NCBI GenBank assembly: GCA_050084515.1
Contig: CM114271.1
Coordinates: 1,426,001-1,490,000 of the forward strand
DNA: 64,000 nt
From: Blasia pusilla
Taxonomy: Eukaryota
Direction of reading: 5' to 3'
The position numbers were made by a program, and so were the translations under genes. Positions 48,136-62,400 of the stretch are shown in pieces. The notes below the pieces were generated by a model. That model was not told the origin of the DNA. It did not search any database and was given only the letters and a program-made list of their open reading frames with translations. Position 1 is the first letter of the stretch. Each line of letters starts with the position of its first letter.

Positions 48136-49499
48136 TAGCTCTCCTCCCAAATGTGAAGCAACTCACGAACTTCAGAAGTTCAAAAACAGCCGAGGCCCTA
48201 GATCTTGACATTATAAATTTCTGAGAGGAATATTCTCGCGGAACATTATCAAGAAATGGAGAGTATTATATAGATAAGGAACCCTGATGTCGGAATAATA
48301 CCTCGTCATCAATGAAGTAATGGTTCAGATGTCAGGAAAGTTTATAACGCACTTGATTGGAATGAGCGAAAAACTCAGGTTATTCCGTTCCTGTCACCAT
48401 TGTTCCCTTAGCCACAGAGGGGTTTCAATATGAATTGGTTGTTTTGGAGCCTCTGGGCTATACTTGTGGTCTTCAGATATTTCTTTCTTTAGCTATCTTA
48501 AGAACTGGTGTATAAAACTAAGTGTATAAGCGGGTAATTTTCCGAACGGCATATAAAAATTGTCCGCAGAAGAGAGTCCAGAACGTCATGTGAGACCGTG
48601 GTGGCCAAGATAGGAGCATAAGGGCCAGGTTTCTTCTTGAGGGAGGCATTGAGCAAGGAGATCATAGTTGTCCGATCTTGGAGTACATCTGGGTCTAGTC
48701 TGGCCATTGAAGCTTTTCACCTTCTCTTTTCTTCTGAGGAGTTTTTGAACTAGGGGGAACAGTGTGATCTTCCAAGTCCTGTCCATCAATATCCCCGGCT
48801 TCATTTGTATCACCATGCTCCCACCAGGAAACCTCATGTTCAGGAACTGTAGACTGTTGTTCCTCTGAGCTAGAAGAGATCTCCCTTGTTCTTTCCTCCG
48901 GGGACTTTTTGTGAGAAAAGCAGAAAGTGACTAAATCACTGAAATCTTTACAAAACTTAGAGATACAAAGTGGCCTAGTCCGTCCGTGCGCTCACAAAAG
49001 AGCTTTGATGGAACCTGAACTGGGAGATAACTCGACATCTGAGAATGCGCTATCCGCTGCGGCTCCCGACTATTTGACTACTCGGGAAAACTAGGTTTTT
49101 ACCTATTTTTCTTCGTTTCTATTAATAGAAAGAATTTTCCCCGGACCCATGTTGGATAAAAGGGAAGCGACGCATCAGGGTGCCCCCATGACACCTGATG
49201 CAATATAGGTTAGATAAACCTAGTAACGCTTACTGTGCTTTGAAAAACCACCTACGCCATATTACTATGACTCCTTCGACGTCTAAGTCGGAACCATCGA
49301 TCTAGGCTTCTCCTCATACAAGGGGGCCGATCAAATCAATGGTGCTCAGAGGAGTGGATGTTGAGAATCCAATACTTTTCTTGTCTTAATTATCTTAAGT
49401 ATATATCTTAAGTAAGTATATATATATATATAGACAGCTTCTGCATCTCTTTTCCAAAAGGCAGCGACTCGATGTCTTTTAGTGGGATTCCTTATTCAA

Positions 49500-52400
49500 A
49501 GGACGCGGAAGGATAGTATTTTTTCACTCTAGCCCCATTGGTCCTGGTAGGTAATTCTTCCCCTTCCATATCAACAAGTTGGAGACTTCCATTCTCCTAT
49601 ATATTAAGAACTTGATATGGGCCCATCCACCTGGTATGTAATTTTCCCGGAAACTTGGTAAACCTGTTATCATACAGTAATACCCAATCCTTAGCCTGAA
49701 TATTTGTATGTTTTAACTTCTTGTCATAAGCTTTCTTTCTCTTGGCTTTTTGAAGATAAGTTTCCTTCAGGGCATCATCTGGTCTTCCTCTACCTGTTCC
49801 GATTGTTGCAGGCAATGCAATTCACTCTCTTCTACCCCGGATCTTCTTTGATTCATAACACGGTAAGTGGGCAGGTCAAACTCAATAGGAATCACTGAGT
49901 CCATACCATAAGTCAGGTAAAAAGGGGTTCGCCTTGTTGTAATCTTTTCTGCTGTGCAGTAAGCCCATAAAATTGATGCCAACTTGACATCCCAATCAGT
50001 CTTATGTGCAGACACAATCTTGGTAAGTATCTTACACAGCAATCCATTGGCTCTCTCTGTAAGACCATTGGCTTTTGGATTATAGGGTGTAGTTGGGCGA
50101 TGTTTAATGAAGTAAAAACTAGTCACAGCTTCAATTGTAGAATTAAGAAAGTGTGTGCCTCTGTCACTAACCAGCTCCAGGGGACAACCAAACCGAGTGA
50201 TAATGTTGTCAAAAGAAAATGGGTTGTTACCTATGCATCATTAGTCTTGAGGGCAATAGCTTCAACCCACTTGGTTGCATAATCTGTAGCGACAAGAATA
50301 TATCGGTTCCTTTACGCTTTGTGACGGGTTGGATGGGGCCTACAAAGTCAATGCCCCACTTTTCAAAAGGGGCTAATGGAAGGATGGGTATCAAGGGCCA
50401 CCTCCCTGACATTAAAGGCTTTCCCTGCCTTTGGCAAGGATCACAACTTCTAATGAATAAATGTACATCCTTATGCATGGTCAGCCACCAATATCCCGCA
50501 TCGCGAATTTTGGCCATTGTTGTGTGAACAGCATAATGTCCACCAGCATTCCCCTGATGGAGAGCGCTGATGACTCTCAAAATCTCCCTTTTCTCTAAAT
50601 ATCTCTTCAACTTCTGATCAGGAGTTAGCTTATATAATGTATTCTGAAGCAAGGTATAGGGTCTTGCTTTGTGGACAAAAACAGCTCTCTGCTCTACAGA
50701 CAGCTTGGCAGGAATGATTCCACGCTACAAGTATTGGACTATATCAAAGTATAACGAATCCGCTCCTTCAATGTGGAACACGGCTTCATTTGGGAAAGAA
50801 TCAGAAATCTCAGCTAAAGGTCCCACTCCTGCAATCTCGAAAGGTAATCAGCATTGGCATGGGACTTACCCGGCTTCACTTGTACTTCAAATGAAAATTC
50901 TTGGAGAAGGAGTACCCATCTTGCTATGCGCTTGGATAGATCAGCCTGATTAAATAAATATTTCAAGGCATTATGATCCGTATGGAAGACAGTATCATAC
51001 CCTAGCAAGTAATGGCGAAAATTTTTGCAAGCATATACTATGCCTAAGGCTTTCCTTTCTGTTGTTGAGTAATTCTTCTCCGCAGGATTAAGCTTCCTGC
51101 TCGCGTAGTAGATGGGATGGTCCATCCCTTGAGAATCTTTCTATCCAAGGACAAGGCCTATGCAAAACTTGGAAACGTCAACATCCATATGGAAGGATTT
51201 GTTCCAATCTGGAGGTTGTAACACAGGTGCATGCATGAGCTTGTCCTTGAGGGCTTGGAATGCCACCTGTCTTTCTTCAGTCCACAAGTACTCAGCATCC
51301 TTCCTCAATAACTGAGTAAGACTGGCGGCAGTTCGAGAGTAGTCCTTAACAAAACGCCGGTAGTACCCCACACAGCCAAGGAATCCTCGTAATTCCTTCA
51401 GATTTGTTGGGATTTCCATAGCCAATATAACGGAAATTTTGTCATAATCTACCTTGATACCTTGTTTGGAAATCTTGTGGCCCAATAAAATACCTTCTAT
51501 CATCGCTAAGAAACATTTTTGTGCTTGTAGGGACAAGCGTGCCCATCCGCATCGTTCAAAGGTTTTTCGGAGATGTTCAATGTGATCCTCTGTTCGTCCA
51601 TATACACAGAAGTCATCGATGAACATTTCCATATACTCTCTTAGGAAGTCTTTAAATATGATCATCATTGTTTGTTGAAAAGTGGCTAGTGCATTGCATA
51701 GTCCAAAAGGCATCCGATTGAATGCAAATGTCCCCCAATCGGTTGTAAAGGTGGTCTTGCTCTAGTCCTCCTTCCTAATGTGAATCTGATTATAACCTGC
51801 ATATCCATCTAAGAAACATAATCTCTCACTGCCTGCTACTTTATCCAGAATCATATCAGTAAAAGGCAAAGGATGATGGTCCTTTCTGGTAGCAGCATTG
51901 AGCTTCCTATAATCTTGGCACAACCGGATCCTATATTCTCCATTGAGACCTGGGGGTTTAGGAGCAACTACTATTGGGGACACCCACTCACTAGACAGGA
52001 CAGGATATATGAAGCCTGCCTCCAGGAGTTTATCCAGCTCCTTCTTCACTAAGGAAGAAGATTTGGGATTTAACCTATACTGTCTCTACCTAACTGGCAC
52101 AGCTCCTTCTAATAAATCGATTCGATGTTCTGCTATTTCAATCGGAATCCCTTTCAAATCTTTGTGAGATTTAGCAAAAACATCTTCAAATTCAGTCAAG
52201 AGTTCAGCATACAGCTGCCTCTCCTGATTCTGTATGGTTACACTCATATTAAACTTTTTACCTCCCTTGATCACTAAGGGAGAATATTGTTCTAATCTAA
52301 ACATCCGCTCAGACATACTCTTTGTCTCTTCAAAGTAGGATCGGCTGTTTCCCAATCCCACTTCTATATTCTTACTATTCAGTGGTTGCTACTTCAGGTG

Positions 52401-55400
52401 CTTGGAGCCGATCGGTTCTTCCTTGGGATCAGTTGCTTTCCCGAGCTCCTGGGTCGAGTCTGTTCAGCTCCAATTTGGATCGTCATCTCTGTTTGATCCT
52501 TTGAAATAGGAGAGTTCACTGTCCGAGATCGCCCTTCTGTGAACCTGCCAGATCGCTAATCCCCCCTTCAAGAGTACTAGTCTCTTCGACAAATGTCGGT
52601 GTCTCTTGGAATAAAGAGGAGATGTCCAAATCTTCTGATAATGACAAAAAATTTCTTCTAGACTGCTGTTCGACATCTATCCATCTACTGTCCAAAGTGG
52701 AGTCACTAACTCCCGATGTATATCCTGAATCCGTGGAGGAGGTCTCTCCTTCATGGCCCACTGTCTCCCACGTAATTGTGGTCTTGGGAGATCCAAAGGT
52801 AAAACTTTTCCTCCCCCAACTTGTTTGAACCCAAGCCTTATATAACCAGGGTCTTCCTAGTAACATTGGGTAAGTAGAAGGAGTAGGGGGGTCGATGACT
52901 ATGAAATCCAACCTAAAGGGCTTATCCCCTATCACTACTGACAGATTAGCCAACTTCCCTATAAGAACTACTCTAGACTGGTCTCCCATGCATAAAATTT
53001 TTGGGGTGGATTCAAACTTTGTGAATCCCAATGCTTTTGTTGTATCAGTGATCATTATGTTCACCCCAGAGCCTCCATCTATAGGGACTTTTTAAACTAA
53101 ACATCCTCCTACCTGCACTTCTATGTCTGGTGGTTCTAAATCTTCAACGATGTCTCCTACTTGGTTTACAGTTGTGGCAGGAAGCTTATATTTCCGCTTC
53201 CTCCCTGTTATTAAAGGTCTAATCTGTTTTCTATAAAAGGAATTCTCCCTAAGTAACTTGTGATACCCACAATTTTGTAATTCGGAATAAATTTATCTTT
53301 TTATTTAACAAAGACTCTTGTACATTAGATTTTTTATTATTATATACTATTATGGAGAAGAAAGAGTAAGATTAAAGTGAATCACGAAGCTCCTAGGACA
53401 AGGCAAAGAGATGGAAGATCAAGGATTTGCCTTAGAGGAGAAGCAAATGCAATAACGAAGTCTAAAGGACCAACGCGAAGCTTAACGAAGCTTAACGAAG
53501 CTTAACGAAGCATAACGAAGCCTGCAGAAGAAGAGAAGTGAGTATTTCGCTCTTATACAAAGCACGAAGAGCGAAGCACGAAGCACGAAGCAATTGAAAA
53601 GAGAACGAAGAATGAAGAGCTTCGTCCTCAAGAAATCCAGCGCAGCAAAGCTCAGTATGATTGTGATTCGAACCGGCACATAGTTAAAACAGTTAGACTA
53701 GGAAAGGGCGCAACCCTTTGTATCAAATTGGTAGTTAGAACAGTTTTGTACCGCGGATTCATAGGGATCATAGGAAAAGGAAAGCACACCATAGATCTAG
53801 GTAGTTACAAATATTGAAGAGACATCAACTTCATCAAGAACGCTTCGGATCTTGGAAACGCTCCTAACTCAGAGAATATTTAAGAAGTATGACAGAAGCT
53901 ACAATCATCATTCGCTCATGAAGTCCTTATGATGTAGGAATGGTCCAAGCAAGAGAGTAGTACCCTCTCGAGCTTGTATACACTTTGAAGTCTTCCCATT
54001 CTTGATGGAATAATAAAACACTCATTCATTCATTCTGATGTGCGATGCTTACGTTTGGGTAGTCTTTTTGGGTCTGTAGCGTGAAGAGTGAAATCAGACA
54101 AACCTTTCTCATCAATGGAATAATCAACATGGAGTTGTATGAAATCTGTTTGATAGAGAGTAGCCTGCCAAGACGGATTGAGTTCCGAAAGTAGGAGAAG
54201 CCAACCTTCTTGTTGAGATCTCTGTGAGGTTCCTAGATGTCGGGAGAACAATTTGCCTGAGCGTGATTTAAATTCCACTAGAGAGAATTGAAGAAGAAAA
54301 TATTGGTAGTGAGAAGGATCGGAAGATGTTACTGGAATACAACATTTGAATTACATAATCAACCACACTACTTTTACAACATAATAATCACTTTACCCCC
54401 TCTTTTCATCCAACAATGATCCTCTTGGGGATCGAACTCACTAAAATGACTGTAAACTAGAAACACTTGTACATTACATAACTCACCAATGGTTACATTT
54501 GCCTTTGTCTCCGATACATCCTTCAGAATGTCATATCCTTGTTTTCCATCTATCTTGACTCCTTCAAAATTCTAAGTCTTCAATATCTGGTCAGGCCGAT
54601 CTAGCGAAGTAGCGATTTCACGAACTCGTGAGTTTGTGTTTTCAGGTCCTTTGGCTTGACTTTGCTCCTCCTAGATTAGATCCTGTACTTCTCCCTTGAT
54701 ATCCCCTAGAAAGTACTTAGGGTCATTCCTGTCATAGCCTGGATCCAATTCCTTTGGGATCCCTTCACTTTGCTTGCCCCCTGGCTTCTCCTCCTTCTTC
54801 TTTGACGCCCGGCTTTCCTTTCTTTTGGACATGTGGTCTCGCAATTCCTAATAATCTTTCTTCTTCATACTCCTGGTTGATGCCTTGAAGACTTCTCCTT
54901 CCACAAACTCCACCTCTTGGCAGTGATTAACTTCCTCCGGAGCGGCCTCCTCCATATAAATTAGCCTAACCTCTGCCTCCACTTTCGCATCAGGATCCCT
55001 TACATACTTTACAAGCATCTTAGGCTGAACTGGGTTTGGACATTCTAGAGGGGTGTGTCCTCCAACCCCACAATTCCCACATAGGATTTGCACAGGTTTT
55101 GGGGCCCTCGGCCATGGGCAGGATGGTGAATAGTGGCAAGGGTCTCCACAATTATAACAAGTGCCCTTTACTCGAGGTTTGTTGGGATCTGGATACCCTC
55201 CCGGGGTTCCATAGGGGGCCTTGGTACGGGTTTAGTACCCATCGGACCTGTACCTCTCCCAATTCCTTGTGGTCGGGCTCCATATATTCTGGGTGGTGCC
55301 TGAGGTACTGTTGTCTGCACTAACCTCCACTGGACTTCCTCCATCTCATCAGTCCAAAAAATCTCTTGCATCTCCTCTTCCTCTGCTTCTATGTATCTCA

Positions 55401-56460
55401 TATCCTCAGGACATTTAGCTGGATAATGTCCTCTCTTCCTACAAGTAGTGCACCAAACTCCTGGCCTCTGTAGTGGGACAGGGCGTCTACGAGCCCTGTT
55501 TTCAGCCAGGTTTACTGCTAGCTTATCAAACTTGCCAGCTAGATCATCTATAGTTTTCTGAAAACTTTTCTTGGAGTCTGGCTCCCTAGCTCTTTTGAAG
55601 TTCCTCTTATCTTCTCCTCTCTTCTTCCTCCGCCTGGTCTCCTCAGAGCTACTAGAGGACCTCGACGAAACTGAAATTGAGCTGCTTGAGTCATCCCCAG
55701 AGGTATCATCTCTGTATCCTCACTACTCGTTACGTATTTCTTGGAGTGGCCCCTGGATTTTCCTTTCTTCTTTTGCTCCTCTTAGCCTCAGCTCTTTCTT
55801 CCTTCCGTAACTCCTTTTCTTGGGATTGCTCCACATCCATAAACTTATGACCCCATTTTATGGCATCTGCAATGGTAAGAGGCTCTTGCTGTCTTACAAA
55901 TTTGTTCATTTCTTTAGGCAGTCCACCTATGAAGTATTCAGCCTGCATCTCCGCACTTGGAGGGGGGTTAATCTTGTCCAGAAGTATCCGTACCCTCCTA
56001 CCAAAACTTCTGGTGGACTCCCTATCTTTCATCTTAATACTCTTGAGTCGGGCCATAATCCTGGACATTGACTTTTCTTTTCTGAAAGCCTGTAAAAAAG
56101 AGTACTTATCAAGCCCCAATCGGCCCTGATGGCTGGAGTGAGGTCATTATGATACTAGTGCATGGCATCCTCTTTCATCAGTCCAAGAAATATGCGCAAG
56201 AGTTATGGTTCCGCATCCTCCTTGTTAGTTAGTGCTGTGTCCAAGAATCCCATCATCCAGTCATCGGCATCCTGCTTTCGTCCATAAAACTTAGAATATT
56301 TTAACTTCGTAGAACCCATTGCAAGGTTCGGAAGCAGATTGCTAATGAAAATGCCCTTTTGTGCAACAGATTGAGCACTGGGGGTACTTGCTCCAATGGT
56401 CGGGGGTAAATTTGCAGCACTTGGAGGATTGTTTTGATTCAATGCACTCCCTACCACTAT
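49500..56460 (-). pseudogene. gag-pol of the Athila/Tat-like element; disrupted by stops and a solo-LTR insertion
   Basis: Ordered gag, PR, RT, RH and INT fragments in the ORF track, separated by premature stops and frameshifts. Confidence 0.9.
53259..54478. mobile_element. Solo LTR (1220 bp) with 5-bp TSD
   Basis: TGTGAT...ATTACA ends; TSD TAACT at 53254-53258 and 54479-54483. Removal restores in-frame NVTIGEL-LRENS. Internal CGAAGCTTAA-type repeats at ~53476-53520. Confidence 0.93.
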
Positions 56461-57339
56461 ATGGGACTAAAATTTGGTATCAAGGAGTCTAATGAACGCC
56501 CAGGATGTTCTGGACTTGCTTTGTGGGTCCTTCCTGATCTGGGTCCAATATTCAGTATAGCTGGACGGGATTTAGCCGGCCTATCTAGTGTTCCCGAGGT
56601 GGAGGTTTCTCCTAAGGTTCTTGATCGGAAAGGACTGGTTACATTCTTGTCTCCCAAAGGATCGGCTAAGTTCAAATAAGCAGGAAGGGTACTTCTGTTA
56701 ATACGGGATTTGAAATTGGCAGAATTTCCTGGGTAGGAAGATCTAACTGACGTGCTTCTGTAGACACACTACTCTGTATGTCTTTGGAACGTCTCTTAGC
56801 CCTCCTTTTTGCTCGTAAATCTCTTTCTGCCCTTTTATCCTTGGACCTTCTTCCGAAGGGGAACATAAAGCTATTTCTTCCCAGACTCTCTGTTCTTGGG
56901 CAGGGACATTCTCAATTCCTTCCCATTCTCCACCCCAATATCTCAAAGTGCTCATAAGGTACTCCCTTGCATGTAATTACACACCGCAAACGAGACGAGG
57001 TTGTCCTTGTCCAGCCTCGTCCTCTTGGGTTCTCTGCTTCTTCTTTGTTCTGGAACTTGTCCCTTATGGATCTTGCCAAGAACCATCTGCATATGATCCG
57101 TCTATGATCCAAGCAGCTGAAGTAGCATGATCCTTCACCGCTTACCCCAATCGATGTCGCGATCCTGCCACACTTCCACTCTGCTGCTGCGTGAAATTGC
57201 AAAATCTTTGGGTAATCCCCTTTCTTTAAACTTTCCTTCTGCTGATTGCGATCCTCTTATTGCATCTGAGTGTGATTCTCCCTTTTGGATCTCTCTCAGT
57301 CTATTCTTTTTCAGGTAATCTCTCTTCCAGATGATCTAT

Positions 57340-57357
57340 TCCCCGGCAGCGGCGCCA
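57340..57357 (-). promoter_or_regulatory. Primer-binding site (Athila-type TGGCGCC.., usually assigned to tRNA-Asp)
   Basis: TGGCGCCGCTGCCGGGGA lies 11 nt inside the 5' LTR. Confidence 0.8.
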
Positions 57358-57368
57358 AAAAGAAGCTA

Positions 57369-58370
57369 TGTAGTAAAGGATTTCTATCAAGAGTTTAACA
57401 AGAAGTATCAATTGATCTGAATTCGTTCCCTTTAAGAATAGGATCTGGATTAGAAATTACATTTAAAGATTTTGAGTTGATTCTGTGTAGTCTATGCATC
57501 AACAAAGCATAAGGTGGATTTAACAGTAGCACCAGACTGAGTGTTTAACGTGTACAACTGAACAGGATTTTAACTATAAGGAGGTGAACTCCTCCTAAAA
57601 CAGAATCAAATCGAAGGGAATGTCAAATTCCAGAGACATGGTAGTACATAAGTATTTTCGACACGAAAAAGAGACTGCGGTGAGACATATGATCTCCCTC
57701 TGCCAAACTCATTCGAAACAAAGATGTGTGGAGAAATGATTCTCAATTAATACGTCGGCTCTTTACTTCTGCTTGAAGATACTGTTGTCTGTCTCCAACT
57801 CCATCCTCAAAGCCATCAATAACAAGTGAGACTGATTCGGGGGTTCAAAGAGAAATAATTCTTCATTCCAAGAAGAGAAACTACTGTTGATTCGATGGAA
57901 TGGGTCAGTTTCGTTCTTCAATGGCCGATCTCTAAGGGCGAGAGTCTTCTGTCACAAGAGCTACTCTTCTTGGTAAGTATCTGACTATGAAAATGGAAAA
58001 AAGACTCTTCTTCGACTCCCGGCCTATGGTTCAAGGGGTCGAAAGCTTACATTCCTAACTGTAATTATGTTTAACTTCTTCCTAAAGCTACCAACCGTTC
58101 AACTCCTGCAGTGTTCACCGGATCAATATCTTCACTAAAAACTGTCACGTAACTGTCAAAATTGTGAACTCATGGAAAGGCAAACTCGTGATCCCTTGAG
58201 CTCAGAATTAATTCCCAATGATTTAAGTGGGCTAATAACTGAACGTTCCTATTTTCAAATAGATTCCAATTTATTCTTATTTCCTAATATGTATTCCCTA
58301 TTCCTAAATCTAAGTGGAATATTCTTAACTAAGGGAATTATTGCCTAGATGTATCTAAAATTGTCTAAAA
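57369..58370 (-). repeat. 5' LTR, missing its first ~31 bp
   Basis: Matches 47115-48104. Ends ...TTTACTACA at 57369 on the minus strand. Similarity stops abruptly at 58370. Confidence 0.93.
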
Positions 58371-58934
58371 CATCCCTATGGACAAGGCTGTTAATGCGAG
58401 GGGGGGCGGCCAAGGTGGCTCGCCGCCCTATGCTCCCAACCTCTCTCTTTCGGCTCAGGACCCCCAGCCGCGGCTTCACACTCTTGGTACGCATCTGACT
58501 CTATATACCTTGGAAATTTGTACTCTCGTCCGTATTTGAACAACCCACTTTGTACATACGACCTAGCTCCGCCCTACTCCAGTGAGCTACGACCTAACCC
58601 TAGTCTCTAGCCGCCTTTACTTGATAGCCCCCCGGCGGCTGCAAGGCTAAGCTCTCCTTTCCCTCTCCTTCCCGATATCTTGTCGTTCTCCCATCAACAC
58701 TACACTCTATGCTACACTCCAGCACCCTGTCTGCCACTCTGTTGCTGCTCTACTCTACAATCTGCATCTGCGAAATCTATGAAAAATGGACAACGCTTCC
58801 GCCCACGGTCTTCCGAACATAAAAATGACCAACAAAATGCCAACCAATGTCTCCAAGGGCTCCCCACTGAGGCAACTTGCTTGCCTACCTGCAAACAACA
58901 AATTCCCACCAGCCCCCTGACATCTTTCTCATGT

Positions 58935-59410
58935 AAAATAAAGAGTAGTAAAAATGGCACACCCGGCCTAAAACTCCATTCCTCAATCTACATCGGCATA
59001 TCGAGCCTCGTCCATCCTGCGCTATCAAGGAATCCGGACACTAGCACCCTAGTCCTATCTCACACACAGACAAGAGAGATGTCCAACGGCTCAAGATGAG
59101 AAAGATGGCTTGGGAAAGCCATCTTCCTCCCTTATATAGGGTTGAGAAGAGCCAAAAGGCTCTTCCCTAAAAATAGCTATCCTCTAAGTAACCTAAGCGC
59201 AAAGGTTAGCAAGGGCGGATGACCTGGTCAACAAGTCACCCGGTTGTGAAAGACCTCAACAAAAAAGTTGTCAGAAATGACGTTCCTAACACAACGGACC
59301 TATCCTCAACCTCATCCAACACCGTGGGACAAAGTTACACTCAAGACAATCCGCTAGCTCCTACGCCCTATCCACGATAGATCTCGGCCTATCGGCTACT
59401 CAGGTGTGAC
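58935..59410 (-). repeat. LTR fragment related to the Gypsy copy C LTR
   Basis: The reverse complement shares TTGACCAGGTCA, GGGAAGAGC.TTTTGGCTCTTC, AAGCCATCTTTCTCAT and GGAGTTTTAGGCCGGGTG with 13970-14445. Confidence 0.8.
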
Positions 59411-59699
59411 AGCTTGTTTGAGTCCATAAAGAGCCTTCCTTTGTTTGCATACTAGAGAAAGATAATTAGGATAATCAAATCCAAGGGGTTGGATTATGTA
59501 AGAAATGAATTCTTGAAATCCATCCAAATATTCTTGATCTTTTTCCAACTACCACTACTACAAAATGTTTTATTATCACTATCTTGACTTCATGATTATA
59601 AAATGTCTTATCATAATCCAATTCTTAATGAGGAGTAGTGCCATTACCTTTAAGAACACACAATTGATGAATTTTTCCATACATTCTTACTAATGCTTC

Positions 59700-62400
59700 A
59701 CTTCCCTATATATAGGTATGCCCAAATGAGAGAACCCATATGGAGTAGTGTCATTGCATTTAGACATAGAAGTTGCTCTCACGAGCAATATAAAATATGA
59801 TATCTTGCACAACATTGTAGGTGGCTATCCTCTCATCCGTAAATGGACAATGTGCCAAATGCAAACCAAGAGAAACCAAGCTCCAATAACACTCATAATG
59901 TGTTAAACCAACCACATCTGGTTGGAAGAGGCCGACACAAAATCGCATCACTATGGTAAATATAAGCGCTACGACATAGAATGGAAAATGGAATGTCTAC
60001 TTGCTTTAAGAGAAGAATATAGAGGAAATGAGCCATAATCTACCAAAGACATATTGTAGTAGGAGGGTTTTGTCCTTAACAAAGAATCTATAGCAAACAA
60101 GGAAAACTTTTCGAGTCTAACCATGGTTGCACCAAAACGGACAAGTTCGTTCAAAGGACGTACATCGATGACAAATTTTTGATATATCTACAAACATGGA
60201 TTGCAAAAGGTGGGGCCCAAACTTATAGTTCATGGTGGAAGATAGGGAAAAGGCGGGGGGGAAGGAGGGAGGGAGTGGAGGTGGGAGAAACGAGAAAGTA
60301 TGGATCACGGAAGCAAGTTCAAGGGGGGGATGAGAAAGAAGGGAGAGATGGGGCCTACATGGACAAGTCCTTCTACAGGAAGGACGAAGTCCATAGACAT
60401 GTCCGCGGACACAGACTTTGTCCATATGCAACCTTGGGTCTAACTCCATAAAAAACCTAAAGGGACCATTGACTCTATCAAGAGAAAACCCACATTGCCA
60501 AAGATAATCAAGCAAGAGGATTTTCGGCGAGCCAGAGCACCTATGGGGCATCCATAGGTGTCCAAACCTAAAAGATATCCAAACATTGGAACTATCCCCC
60601 TATCAAAAATCCAAGGAGATGACTATAAATCCACACAATCCTAGTTAGGTAACCATGACATCGACAAAAAAAAAGGAGTGGATGTCGAAAGGCACTTAAG
60701 GATCACCAATTCTGATGAGATAATTCATGTGAAAAAATTCCTCAGTAAGTGTTGTTGTAATGAAGCTAAAAAAATAATTATCACTACTCCAAAGATGCAC
60801 ACCTCCATTAAGTGTCATAAATCCATCAAGTAAATGAAAGTCGTAAGGTAGACTAGATGGGGACTATGCATTGCACTTCCCTATCTTTACCTCAAGGTAG
60901 ACACATGCCAAATGAGTAATAAAATATTGGAATGCAACACAACTAGATCTCTCGTACCAATAATATGAGTCTCACTCGCTAATTATGAAAGCCCTCCATT
61001 GCAAGGAAAACTTCTTAGTAATGAGCCAATGTAAAGAGGGTGCTACTAAGAGGATCTCTTTGATGAGTATTTGTAGCACAATCCAAAAAAACCTTCTTAG
61101 ACCATTCATGGTGGAAATAGAGGGCAAACGGGGCACATACATAGAAATCCCCAAAAAAAGGGAATGAGATTTCCAATGCGGCTATCTGCATCCATAATCT
61201 CCAAAAAGATAGCTACAAGGGACAATGAGTTAAAGGTGTTCTCAACATCTACTTGTAAAACCAAAAACTTTGGATGTGTATCAAGAGAATCTCTTAAACC
61301 AAGTGCAACCATCTCCCAACCAGTTGGAGTGGCCACTCCAAATTGGTGTTGACTTTGGAAGGCCTCACGGTGTTGCAAAGCAATAATGCCACTCACCAAC
61401 CATAGAAGTACCTCAAGAGATGGTGATCAAATGAATCCCTCTCTCTTCCTTTGACAATGCTAAGAGTTGCGTCCTCACCCCCAACACTTATGCCAATGCT
61501 ACTAGAACTGTCCCTTGAGCTAGGCAAGAAGAAACTTGGATCAACTCAAATAAGCCACTAGCAGGATCCTCTAAGGAGAAAATAATCCAAAAGGAATTCT
61601 TACACCATGCATGAAAAATCTCTAGAAGTAAGATGTGGAGGTTGTCCAAATGCTTGTGCAAAGAGGGTTGAGTCTAGGGAAATGACCATGTCAGGATGGA
61701 AGTTATGTATAAAGGAGGAATGTCAACCACTCGGCAAGGATGTAGCTTCATAAGGGTTTCAATAATATCAACTTTTGGAGGCGTAATAACCAAAGGGAAA
61801 AGAGCATGCACCTCTTGAAAGTACTCATAAGCATGTTCTTGTGTCCAACACCTTTGCAATTTGGCTACTGCAAGGCCATACGATAGGAAATCAAGTCACT
61901 TGCTACCTTTGATGCAAGTTACAATCTCACTCCAAAAAGACTCCCAATTACCTTCATAAAACCGCCTCAATTAGGTCAATACCTCCCTATGGCCAGCCTT
62001 CCCACCTCAAGTATAATGGAGACATAAATATGGAAGGAGAAGTAGTAGATACCAAGAGAGCTCATCCATAAAGTCAAGTGTAATCCTAGATAGGGGGAGA
62101 AGAAAAACATGGTGCGAGGTCATTGCGGACGGAAAATGGGATCTTATTGAATAATCTTGGGTAGAAAAAAGTTATCTCAAAGAGACCTCTGATGCCTCCA
62201 ATGTGAGACCTCAACAACATTAATGACTTAAGAGGGGATGATGTTGCAAAAAGCACCAAAGAGCATCCATGGTTGACTTGAGGGATCACCCATCCACATA
62301 TATCAAAGTTAGGATGTTTTGCCGCCAATTAGTTCTAGACTATGGAACGTGTGAAGAAGCCAGAACAAGAAGGGCCTCAGAGAGACATGACTTGCTCCAT
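59700..62400 (-). mobile_element. Highly decayed non-LTR retrotransposon of CRE/R2 type (RT plus CCHC/restriction-like endonuclease region)
   Basis: QHQFGVATPTGWEMVALGLRDSLDTHPKFLVLQVDVENTFNSLS (RT), FFMELDPRLH, and GLHLAHCPFTDERIATYNVVQD..IARES. Boundaries approximate. Confidence 0.7.

Larger units (their letters stand above)
47115..58370 (-). mobile_element. Near full-length Athila/Tat-like Ty3/Gypsy LTR retrotransposon (~11.3 kb)
   Basis: Two ~1-kb LTRs, PBS TGGCGCCGCTGCCGGGGA, PPT GGGAGGAGAG. Gag with two CCHC knuckles, protease IDGGSGVN, RT LDGYAGYNQI..FIDDF, RNase H YYASRKL, integrase WGIDFVGP..NGLTERAN..WMGPY. Confidence 0.95.

Noticed and set aside
48140-49500. env-like ORF of the Athila-like element
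   Set aside because: Only short broken ORFs; no clear transmembrane ORF.
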